From the NCBI RefSeq assembly GCF_009914755.1, contig NC_060936.1: DNA of 64,000 bases; one strand, given 5' to 3'. A model generated the notes under the pieces. That model had not been told where the DNA came from, did not search any database, and saw only the letters and a program-made list of their open reading frames with translations. Source of the stretch: the human T2T-CHM13v2.0 reference genome, Homo sapiens. Position numbers and translations under genes: made by a program. Below are positions 1-21,510 of the stretch, piece by piece (within the stretch, counting starts at the first letter, position 1; each line of letters starts with the position of its first letter).

Positions 1-246
1 GCAGTGCCGCGATCTCGGCTCACTGCAAGCTCCGCCTCCCGGGTTCACGTCATTCTCCTGCCTCAGCCTCCTGAGTAGCTGGGACTACAGGCGCCTGCCA
101 CCACGCCCGGCTAATTTTTTGTATTTTTAGTAGAGATGGGGTTTCACCATGTTAGCCAGGATGGTCTCGATCTCCTGACCTCGTGATCCGCCCACCTCGG
201 CCTCCCAAAGTGCTGGGATTACAGGCGTGAGCCACCACGCCTGGCC
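1..246 (-). mobile_element. Alu (AluY-like), cut by the window edge
   Basis: Alu consensus with CAAGCTCCGCC and TTAGCCAGGATGG diagnostics. Confidence 0.9.
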
Positions 247-563
247 CTCATGCATATTCTTTCACACCAGTCCTGTGCATGTTTGCCTTCCCCACAGGAC
301 TATGAAACATCAGGGTTGAAGTCTGTTTTGTTCATTGGTCTTTAAAACAACTGTCAGGGACTAATAGGAAGCAACCAATAAACAATGAATTCAGCTGACC
401 ACACTGAAAAGTTAGAACACCAATATCTGGTATACAAACTTTCAGCCAAAAACTCCAAAGGGATTGAACCTAGTAATGGATCCTAGCGTTTCACAAGGTG
501 TCATTCCCTGGGTCAGAACTCGCTACAAGATGTTCCTCTAACAGGCCATTCAAAGAGAAGGCT

Positions 564-1262
<699 letters not shown>

Positions 1263-1732
1263 GGACTTATAAGTCACACTGCAGGAAAAAAAGAGCCAGT
1301 TTAAGAAACTTTATAAACAAAGGCTAACAAATAAGGCTATCCTGTCTTCATTCACTTAGGAAAAGAAAACAAAACAAATAGGGCTATACTTTGCATTTCA
1401 CATACAATATTACATTTACTGCATGAACTAGTTTTGAAACAAAGCCTTCATTTCTGGCTTCCCAATTTATCTCTTGTCCTTATTGCACTGCCACATGTAT
1501 ATTTCCAGTGAAGTTTCAATAATGATTTAGAGAGTGGAAACAGTGCCCCTTGTCCTTTCACTTTAGTTTTAAACACCTAACTAAAATGTTGGCAAAGTTT
1601 TTCTTAAAGCCACTAACAAACACCTCAACCACTTTTCAATCTGAAATCCTAATAAAAGAATAAAAGATGATGGCCAAGCACAAGATCCTGGAACAACAAC
1701 AACAACAACAAAGATGGTTATAAATTAGTATT

Positions 1733-2700
1733 TGTGGGGAAAAGCAAGAGAGATCAGATTGTTACTGTGTCTGTGTAGAAAGAAGTAGACATGGGAGACT
1801 CCATTTTGTTATGTACTAAGAAAAATTCTTCTGCCTTGAGATTCTGTTAATCTATAACCTTACCCCCAACCCCATGCTCTCTGAAACGTGTGCTGTGTCA
1901 ACTCAGAGTTGAATGGATTAAGGGCGGTGCAGGATGTGCTTTGTTAAACAGATGCTTGAAGGCAGCATGCTCCTTAAGAGTCATCACCACTCCCTAATCT
2001 CAAGTACCCAGGGACACAAAAACTGCGGAAGGCCGCAGGGACCTCTGCCTAGGAAAGCTAGGTATTGTCCAAGGTTTCTCCCCATGTGATAGTCTGAAAT
2101 ATGGCCTCGTGGGAAGGGAAAGACCTGACCGTCCCCCAGCCCGACACCCGTAAAGGGTCTGTGCTGAGGAGGATTAGTAAAAGAGGAAGGAATGCCTCTT
2201 GCAGTTGAGACAAGAGGAAGGCATCTGTCTCCTGCCTGTCCCTGGGCAATGGAATGTCTCGGTATAAAACCCGATTGTATGCTCCATCTACTGAGATAGG
2301 GAAAAACCGCCTTAGGGCTGGAGGTGGGACCTGCGGGCAGCAATACTGCTTTGTAAAGCACTGAGATGTTTATGTGTATGCATATCTAAAAGCACAGCAC
2401 TTAATCCTTTACATTGTCTATGATGCCAAGACCTTTGTTCACGTGTTTGTCTGCTGACCCTCTCCCCACAATTGTCTTGTGACCCTGACACATCCCCCTC
2501 TTTGAGAAACACCCACAGATAATCAATAAATACTAAGGGAACTCAGAGGCTGGCGGGATCCTCCATATGCTGAACGCTGGTTCCCCGGGTCCCCTTCTTT
2601 CTTTCTCTATACTTTGTCTCTGTGTATTTTTCTTTTCCAAATCTCTCGTCCCACCTTACGAGAAACACCCACAGGTGTGTAGGGGCAACCCACCCCTACA
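1733..2700 (+). mobile_element. LTR5_Hs 5' LTR, 968 bp
   Basis: Canonical TG...CA termini and length; TATAAAA 2263-2269; AATAAA 2525-2530. Confidence 0.96.
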
Positions 2701-2702
2701 TC

Positions 2703-2720
2703 TGGCGCCCAACGTGGGGC
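2703..2720 (+). promoter_or_regulatory. tRNA-Lys(CUU) primer binding site TGGCGCCCAACGTGGGGC
   Basis: Two nt after the LTR; complementary to the tRNA-Lys1,2 3' end. Confidence 0.92.
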
Positions 2721-2803
2721 TTTTCTCTAGGGTGAAGGTACGCTCGAGCGTGGTCATTGAGGACAAGTCGACGAGAGATCCCGAGGACGTCTACAGTCAG
2801 CCT

Positions 2804-2813
2804 TACGGTAAGC
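2804..2813 (+). promoter_or_regulatory. HML-2 major splice donor TACG|GTAAGC (after 2807)
   Basis: Consensus donor in the viral leader upstream of gag. Confidence 0.85.
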
Positions 2814-2842
2814 TTGTGCACTCGGAAGAAGCTAGGGTGATA

Positions 2843-3220
2843 ATGGGGCAAACTAAAAGTAAAATTAAAAGTAAATATGCCTCTTATCTCAGCTTTATTA
2901 AAATTCTTTTAAAAAGAGGGGGAGTTAAAGTATCTACAAAAAATCTAATCAAGCTATTTCAAATAATAGAACAATTTTGCCCATGGTTTCCAGAACAAGG
3001 AACTTTAGATCTAAAAGATTGGAAAAGAATTGGTAAGGAACTAAAACAAGCAGGTAGGAAGGGTAATATCATTCCACTTACAGTATGGAATGATTGGGCC
3101 ATTATTAAAGCAGCTTTAGAACCATTTCAAACAGAAGAAGATAGCATTTCAGTTTCTGATGCCCCTGGAAGCTGTTTAATAGATTGTAATGACAACACAA
3201 GGAAAAAATCCCAGATGTAG
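2843..3220 (+). CDS. gag: Truncated HML-2 Gag (matrix plus part of the following spacer), 125 aa MGQTKSKIKSKYASYLSF...RKKSQM
   Basis: Typical HML-2 Gag N-terminus with no internal stops; last codon and stop supplied by the inverted U5 copy; expression unknown. Confidence 0.85.
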   Translation: MGQTKSKIKSKYASYLSFIKILLKRGGVKVSTKNLIKLFQIIEQFCPWFPEQGTLDLKDWKRIGKELKQAGRKGNIIPLTVWNDWAIIKAALEPFQTEEDSISVSDAPGSCLIDCNDNTRKKSQM

Positions 3221-3238
3221 GGGTGGGTTGCCCCTACA
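3211..3238 (-). repeat. 28-bp inverted copy of 2678-2705 (U5 end plus TCTGG)
   Basis: CCAGATGTAGGGGTGGGTTGCCCCTACA is the exact reverse complement of TGTAGGGGCAACCCACCCCTACATCTGG. Confidence 0.97.
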
Positions 3239-3294
3239 GTATTAATTGACTTCACGAAGTCAAATGATCTATAAATACTCATGTATAGAATTGT

Positions 3295-3426
3295 ACAGTA
3301 ATTATTGCTGCTCACCTCTAACTGTGCCTAATTTATAAATTAAACTTTATCACAGGTGTGTATGAATGTACAGGAAAAAACATAGCCTATATAGGGTTTC
3401 ATACTAAAGAGCTTCAGGCATCCACA
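3295..3426. mobile_element. MER44/Tigger-type DNA transposon fragment
   Basis: TGTGCCTAATTTATAAATTAAACTTTATCA...TTCAGGCATCCAC. Confidence 0.7.
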
Positions 3427-3853
3427 AAACATACTAACCTTGTTATTCAAAGACCATTGATTGTTTGGTGAATTGTGTATTGTAATAAGAAAAAAATGAC
3501 AGGATCAAAATGGCCTTTCAAAACCAAGAGAAATGGATTTCTAAGAACAATGCATACATAAGGCATCCTTATTTAGACTTTCTAATTTCATAGAAACACT
3601 AATGGTTCCATCACCAATTAGTGGTCAACCTAGAGGCCATAAACAGTTTTCTAGCTCTTATGGAAATAGCTTAAATCTTATTTTCTTGCCCCAAATTGCT
3701 ATTCAAACATAGCAGATATGAAAACAGAAGCACTTTTTGTTTGCCTCATTCAGCCCAGCCAACCTTTTGCATTTACCTCAAATGACAGCATAGACTAATT
3801 TTGGTAAGTCAAAAAACTTGCTAGATAACAGCATCCTTGAAAGATAACAACGT

Positions 3854-6786
<2,933 letters not shown>

Positions 6787-7302
6787 CTATCAGGTTTTTA
6801 AAATATATGACGACTCCCAAACAAGACAGACTCATAAATTTTATTACTAACAACAAAAATTAGGATCCAGGACATCACTTCTTAAAAAGAGATCAAAAGT
6901 TAACAACTAATTTTGAAAGGCAAACTCACATTATTTTTCATAAACTAAAACTTCCAGTTTGAAAAGTCAAATTTCTTTAGAAATAAAATACTGCTAACTT
7001 ACTTTTGCAAAGCATTTTCCTAAAACTTCTGAACCTAAAGCCCCAGGCAAGACCTCTCTCTAAAAGGCATGGGAACATAAAATGAATTTGACATTTAGCT
7101 TGAACTTAACTTTAGCATTTGAGCTACTCAAAGGACATGGTTGTAGGTCACATTCTAACCCGGTGTAGTGCTTCTGGTGTCACACACTAGTACAAACTCC
7201 ATTTGGATACTGTTGCAACAATTCAGGTTATGTATTGCCCAGTTTCACAAACCAGTGCTAAAGTTCAGGGTACAGCCTCCTCCCATGCAGCAACCCCACC
7301 TC

Positions 7303-7333
<31 letters not shown>

Positions 7334-8019
7334 CCACAACAGCTTGCATCTGTAATCTACCTTCTGCTACAATTTAAAACCTCCTTAATAAACAGTTATG
7401 CTTCTAAAATTCAATTACTTGCACTACAAAAGGATTCAACCAGAATCCTTTACAGAGACTGTTAACAAATCAAGAGATAAACTGTAAGTTAGGAAAATTT
7501 TAAACTAAGCTAGAAAATCTCAAAAGATTTGTGAACAAAGGAAAAGTAGCTCTGAAGCTATAACAAATGAAGAAATGACTTCAAAAATAAAGGTACCTTA
7601 ATAAGTAACTTATAAAACTGCAACACACCTATATAGCAAAATGAGAAAAATACCAAGGAACAGAAGTTTAAAAAGCAAACAGCAAACCTCCTCTATCCAT
7701 CAACCCTGTAATCTTATGTATTACAGAATGAAAGACCACTCAGAATAGTCAGAAAGCCACTAGTCAATGGCTTCCTAAACCCTGCTATTTCATTAGTCCT
7801 AGATGGCTCTTTTACTAAATCCACTCACACTTCCTTATTAATATTCCACAATTTTCTCTTGGAAGCACACAGCTCATTATGAAATCAGGCATATTTAAAG
7901 TACTGATTGATCTCAGAATTTATATATTTGATTGCTGCAATTTTTAAAGTATTTTCCCTTATATAAAATAATTATATGTATATTAATATTATATAGCTAC
8001 ATAAAAAAACAGCTATATT

Positions 8020-8570
8020 CCTCACAAAGTTAAACAGGGTTACAATATGACCCAGCAATTCTACTCCTAGGTATATATCCCCTCAAATTAAAAACATGTC
8101 CATACAAAAGCTTGCACACAAATGTGCACAGCACTATTCACAATAGCCAAAAGTAGAAACAACTCGATGGCCATCAACAGATGAATGGATCAACAAAATG
8201 TGGTATATAAATATAATGGAACATTATTCAGTCATAAAAAGGGAGGAAGTACTGACACATGCTCCAACATGGATGAACTCTGAAAACATGCTAAGGGAAA
8301 ACATGCTAAGGAAAAGGCCACATATTACACGATCCATTTGTATGAAATGTCTCAAACACAAATCCACAGACAGAATCTGCTTTCTGTTGCCAGGGAGATG
8401 GGGAGTGACTGCTAATGGATAGGGGGTTTCTTGGGGGGTGATGAAAAACATTCTGGAACTAGATAGTGGCAGTGGCTGTACAACTTTGTGAATGTAAAAA
8501 CTACTGAACTGTACACTTTAAAAGGATACATGCTATGGAATGTGAATTATACATATCAGTTTTTAAAAAT
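8020..8570 (+). mobile_element. L1MB-type 3' fragment
   Basis: ATATGACCCAGCAATTCTACTCCTAGG...TGAACTGTACACTTTAAAA. Confidence 0.8.
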
Positions 8571-8580
8571 TCACTCAAGG

Positions 8581-13215
<4,635 letters not shown>

Positions 13216-14257
13216 TCAATCTGCAAGCTGCAGGACCTTTCTAAGTCTCCCTCTCATGTTAATATCAATAGCGTTGCCTAAACATTAAATGCTTTTTCTT
13301 CAACCCAGGTAATGGGGTCATTCATAAATTAAACTGAGAACAACCTTTCCAGTCCCATGTTCACAAACACTACATGTAGTAGAACCAAAGATACTAGGCA
13401 ATTATTCTGAGATCAGATTAAAAAATAATTACTGTCATAAAAAAGTTACAGAATCATTTGTTCCAATGCCAAACTCTGCCTCAGCATATGAAATTTAAAG
13501 TAACCAAAAACTTAGTCTCACCTGGGAAGGGAAATCAAAGTGACATTTGAACCCAAGTTCAATGACAACACGTCCTTCAATTTCAAAGCGAGCGCATTGC
13601 TTTATTCATTCAAAGAGTTTTAACGGCACAATATCCCATAGCATACACAAAATCTCCTAAGGCGTACATTATGGTAAAGTTTCTGACTGCTTGTGAACTA
13701 TATTTAGCCCTTTCTGCCAGCTCTCTCCGTAGTCTCCCACCCCCAAAAGGTATAACTGGAATAGGCCTCAGGGAGCACCTGTGGCCTGAAAAGGCTGTGA
13801 CCAATCCTCAGAGCTTTACCGGCTGCAATCTACAAGTAGGCTCGACCATTCTATTTTGGATCAAGGAGACTCTGCCAACCCCCAAGTGACCGCAAGTGGA
13901 CAAGATCAATTTGGGAGAAAACGCTGTGAGGGTTTTTTCGCCAAGCCAGCAGCCCCCACCGCCACACTCCGAAAAGGGTGAAGATTTGGTTACCATCCAG
14001 GCGGCGAAAGAATACGGCCGGGCTGTCTGGGGGCTCACGACTGCCTGTCGGCCGGCGATCCCGCAGCCTGGGCCGGGCTGTGGTGTCGGGAGCACGCGAA
14101 GAGGCAGGGATCCCCGGGGCATGCGGAGAGGGAACCAGAACGAGGTTAGGAGCCTGCAGGTGTCGCCCAGGGAGGGGACGAGGTCGCCCAGGGCTGGCAC
14201 GGCCGAGTGAGACCGAGAGTGTGGCTCTGGACTCGGACAGACCGGTCACACTCTCGG

Positions 14258-14410
14258 GTTGTGACCTTGAGCACACGACTTGACCGCTGTGCGCCTTAGT
14301 TTCCTCCTCTCTAAAATGGGGGTCGTTCAAGCGGAAAACGCGCCTCGGAGCGCTTGGCACGGCGCCTGGCGCATAGTAAGCGCTCCCTCCATGTGAGCGC
14401 TCTGGCTCCT
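14258..14410. mobile_element. MIR fragment inside the CpG island
   Basis: GTGACCTTGAGCA...AGTTTCCTCCTCTCTAAAATGGGG...CCTGGCGCATAGTAAGCGCTC. Confidence 0.7.
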
Positions 14411-14503
14411 TTCGCCGCCGGGAGGAACTGGGGAAGCCCCGCGCGGGGAGTCCCCGGGAGGCGGATCCGAGGCTGGGGCAAGGGAACCGGGTCGGGGACT
14501 CAC

Positions 14504-14723
14504 CGAGCACGTCCGCGGAACGGTGCCGGGCCACGAAGCACGCGTCGTCCCCGTAGCACGCGCCCTTCTTGAGGAGGCCCTTACGGAAGTCCTTCCCGAA
14601 GCCGCAGCCGGCCGTCACCAGTCCGTAGTCGCCGCCGCCGCCGCCGGCCCTGGGGTCGGTCTGCGAGAGGCCGCCGAGCACGGCGCGGGCCACCAGCCGC
14701 CCGTACGAGAGGACCGAGAACAT
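14504..14723 (-). CDS. PPTC7: PPTC7 (mitochondrial PP2C-type phosphatase) coding exon 1, [44 protein letters not shown]...ARHRSADVL(G)
   Basis: Translation matches the remembered PPTC7 N-terminus; ATG at 14723; phase-1 donor G|GTGAGT at 14504/14503; later exons lie outside the window to the left. Confidence 0.97.
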
Positions 14724-14922
14724 CGCCGCCGCCGCCCCCCCGAGGAGGCGGGGGGCCGGGGGAGCAGGAGGACGCGGAGGCCCGGAGCCGGCTCTCTCCT
14801 CAGCCGCAGTCGCGCCGCCGCTGGGGCGCTCCTCAGGGCGGCGCGCAGTGGCCGCCGCCGCCCCTGCCCGACGCGCGGGGCCTCGCACGCGCTCAGCCGC
14901 GCGCACCGGAGCCAGAGCGAGG

Positions 14923-14994
14923 TCAGAAGCGGCGGCTCCTCCGCCTCAGCCCAACTGAAGTCCCGGCTGCAGCGGCCGCCGCCGCCGCCGCCAT
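14923..14994 (-). other. Candidate PPTC7 uORF, 23 aa [23 protein letters not shown]
   Basis: ATG 14994 in strong context, TGA 14925-14923, out of frame with the main ATG 271 nt downstream. Confidence 0.6.
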
Positions 14995-14998
14995 CTTC
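14987..14998 (-). promoter_or_regulatory. YY1 site / TISU element GAAGATGGCGGC
   Basis: Exact match to TISU consensus SAASATGGCGGC and to YY1 CCGCCATNTT on the plus strand. Confidence 0.8.
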
Positions 14999-15166
14999 CG
15001 CTCCACTAGCGTGTTCCGGGCGGTGCCGGCAGCACCGCCCCCTCCCTGGCCCTGCCCCTAGCCCCGCCCCGATTCACCGCTCAGGCCCAAGCCCAGCCCC
15101 TTGGGCTCGCTGCCTTATGCAGTCACCAAGGTTGAACATGCGCAGAGGGTGCGGACGCAGTGTCTC

Positions 15167-15195
15167 TTGGGAATTATAGTCCCGGAGTCGTAGTC
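15167..15195 (-). promoter_or_regulatory. ZNF143/THAP11-type motif ACTATAATTCCCAA plus a degenerate second copy
   Basis: Plus strand TTGGGAATTATAGT 15167-15180 and GGAGTCGTAGTC 15184-15195, upstream of the PPTC7 leader. Confidence 0.65.
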
Positions 15196-15876
15196 ACTTT
15201 TGACTTGGCTGCCAAAGATTTAGGACCTAGGGGGATTCCTCAGACGCGGGACCTATGTTAAGTTAGTAGGAATTGCAGGTGGGCCACGTGAGGGTTTTCT
15301 ACCCTGTTTTAACCGTATCTTTTAAAGCCTGTTTTAAATAAATAACGCCACCATTCCTTTAAACAAAAACCTGCAAGAAACCAGAATGGAGTCACATAAT
15401 GAGAAACAGAGGTACACAGATCTAGTGACACCTCCCCAAGTAATATACTGGAAGGATTTAGGGCGGCAAACTGTTTGGAAAGAAGAGACTTTTTGTAGTC
15501 TTTTAGGAAAAATTGAGAAAATGTTATGTGTCCCTATCAGAGTGGGAGGGGACACAGATGGTGTCATGTCCCTTTTGCTAACTGGCCTCTAGCCATGCTC
15601 ACAGCTGTCTCAAGACCTTTGCCCTTGCTTTCGCTTCTACCCTTTGGAATGTAATTCGTTTACCTGAGGGTCCTGTGTTTTCTGTTGCTGTATCCCCAGA
15701 ACACGTGAGCACCCAGTAAATATGTGAATGAATGAAAGAATGAATGAATATTTCACTAGATTCTAAGTTTCCCAAGGACAAGGATCATTTGCTGCTCAAT
15801 TATTAGAATCTAAAGCAATGCCTGGCACACAGTAGGAGAGTGTGTAAATGTCTGTGGAATAAAAGAAGGAATAATG

Positions 15877-16247
<371 letters not shown>

Positions 16248-17075
16248 TCACAAACAACAGAAAATGAGCTTTGGGGCAAGTAATTCAATTTAGAGTAATT
16301 TTTAGTTTGATTGAAACATATATTTCTCAGAAACAGCAGTCTTTTTCTAGTTCACTTTTAACAAGACCATTGTTACTTTGGGGATTCCCACCTCGTTTTT
16401 AAATGGTCCTTTTTTATGCTTTCTTAATATATTTAAAATGCTGCCAACTATCAACTCAACACATATTATTCCGTTATCCTAATTACTGTCATCATTAAAC
16501 ACTTTTGCAGTTCACAGTGTGCCAAGTACTGTCTATATATATGTTTCTGTCTTTAAGAGCTTTCATCAAAATTGGACGGAAGAAATGACTTCACGTAGTG
16601 GCATTTTGTCAAATATACAGAACCCAGAAAATGTTCATTTACTGGATAAATGGTATAGTAATGACAATAATGCATTCACACCTTCCTTTTTTTTAATGGC
16701 ACAAGAATTGGAGAGTGCCCAGAAGAGGGGGTAGTGCCTCTCGGAATCCTCTACTTGGCATTTATATTGCTGCCAGCTGTGCTAAAGGTAGCTCTTTCAA
16801 GTACACATACCACTACCAGATCCCAGTCAGTCTGGCAGGTAATTCTACCCCAAGGACAAACTTTTTAAAATAGCATGTCAACCCTATTTCTTGCCTCGTC
16901 AAACTCCTTCAGACTGCTCCTACTTTTCCTTTTCAGGGCATATATTACCTAATTTCCATGTCAGTCACAAGAACTGGTTTGATGGGATGAGTAGGAACCT
17001 AAAATGTGACTCTAAAGCCAGTAACTTCTGCTCCGATGGGGCTGCTGTTTTCATGATTAAGTGATACCAGTGCCT

Positions 17076-17135
17076 TGAGTTTCCGGCAAATGAATTTCCT
17101 GCAAGTGAGTTTCCTGCAAATGAGTTGCCCACAGA
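17076..17135. repeat. 15-bp tandem repeat TGAGTTTCCTGCAAA x3 plus one degenerate copy
   Basis: Units start at 17076, 17091, 17106, 17121. Confidence 0.9.
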
Positions 17136-17657
17136 AGCACGTGGCGAACAGAATCCTTCTCAAAGCTCCTTTGCAAGTTTTAAAGGAACAGGAGATAGGG
17201 CCTCGGGTTCTCTTGAATCATTTATTCCAGAGCCAGCTCTGAAGTTTCATCACCATGGGGGAAGCCAGGAGAGGGTACTTTACAAAACACCTCCCTTCCC
17301 GTTCCTTCTCCCAGGAACACAATTCACGTTTGACATTTTGTTGGACTTAAAAAGGCCTGGATTTTCTTCCTTAACAGAGTTACATTCCTAGCACTTCAGG
17401 GATTCCTGAGAGGTCAGTTGCCACTCTTAAAGGTGAACAAGTGTGGTGAAAATACCATCTGGGCTCCCAGGGCACCTCTATGACATTAGGAAAGAGCTTT
17501 GCACTAAAGTCAGCCTCCGCTCCTAAAAAAACCAAACAAACAACAACAACAAAAAGAAGGCATGACATTTCCTAGTGAGATTTTCTGCCAGACTGGTAGG
17601 TTGATCTCTTTGGGTTCCTTTTTGCTAACCTATTCACAATGAGCACTAATTAGCTTA

Positions 17658-17886
17658 CAGCAAGGTGTCTCAAGCTTGACACTATTGACATTTTGGGCAG
17701 GATGATTCTTTGCTGTTAGGGCTGTCCTGTGCATGCGTTGGAGGGGGCTTAGCAGCATCCCTGGCCTCTACCCACTAGAAGCCAGAAGCATGCCACCTCT
17801 GTGCCCCCAGGACAACCAAAACTGTCTCCAGATATTGCCAAATGTCCCCTGGGGGGCAAAATTGCTCCCTGATTTAGAGCCACTGT
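17658..17886. mobile_element. MER20 (hAT-Charlie)
   Basis: CACTATTGACATTTTGGGC...AGCAGCATCCCTGGCCTCTACCCACTAGA...TTGCCAAATGTCCCCTGGGGGGCAAAA. Confidence 0.85.
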
Positions 17887-18026
17887 ATTACGGCAATGCC
17901 ATGCAAATGAGCAAATATTTGTTGAGCACTTATTATGTTCAAGTCTCTAGGCTAAGGATAAAAAAAATCAGTGATTTTGTGGCAGTCACAGTGCAGTAGG
18001 AAGGTTAAAATTAAGTAAATGTATTA

Positions 18027-21510
<3,484 letters not shown>

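Larger units (their letters stand above)
1733..3238 (+). mobile_element. Truncated HERV-K(HML-2) provirus (LTR-PBS-leader-5' gag-inverted U5 end), antisense in PPTC7 intron 1
   Basis: TGTGGGGAAAAG start, CCCCTACA end, GTATT duplicated at 1728-1732 and 3239-3243. Confidence 0.97.
13990..15260. promoter_or_regulatory. PPTC7: CpG island / PPTC7 promoter and 5' leader
   Basis: Very high GC and CpG content around exon 1; GC boxes near 15062-15071; E-box CACGTG 15285-15290 just outside; edges approximate. Confidence 0.9.

Noticed and set aside
1984-2512. Minus-strand ORFs inside the LTR
   Set aside because: Incidental frames of LTR5_Hs with no recognisable product
13851-14503. C-terminal part of the 351-aa minus-strand ORF
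   Set aside because: Read-through into GC-rich intron 1 past a consensus GTGAGT donor; includes MIR-derived sequence
14523-15179. 218-aa plus-strand ORF antisense to PPTC7 exon 1
   Set aside because: Non-ATG start, low complexity, expected in a CpG island
17076-17135. CRISPR-like array or coding pentapeptide repeat
   Set aside because: No spacers, eukaryotic context, and no supported exon or ORF around it
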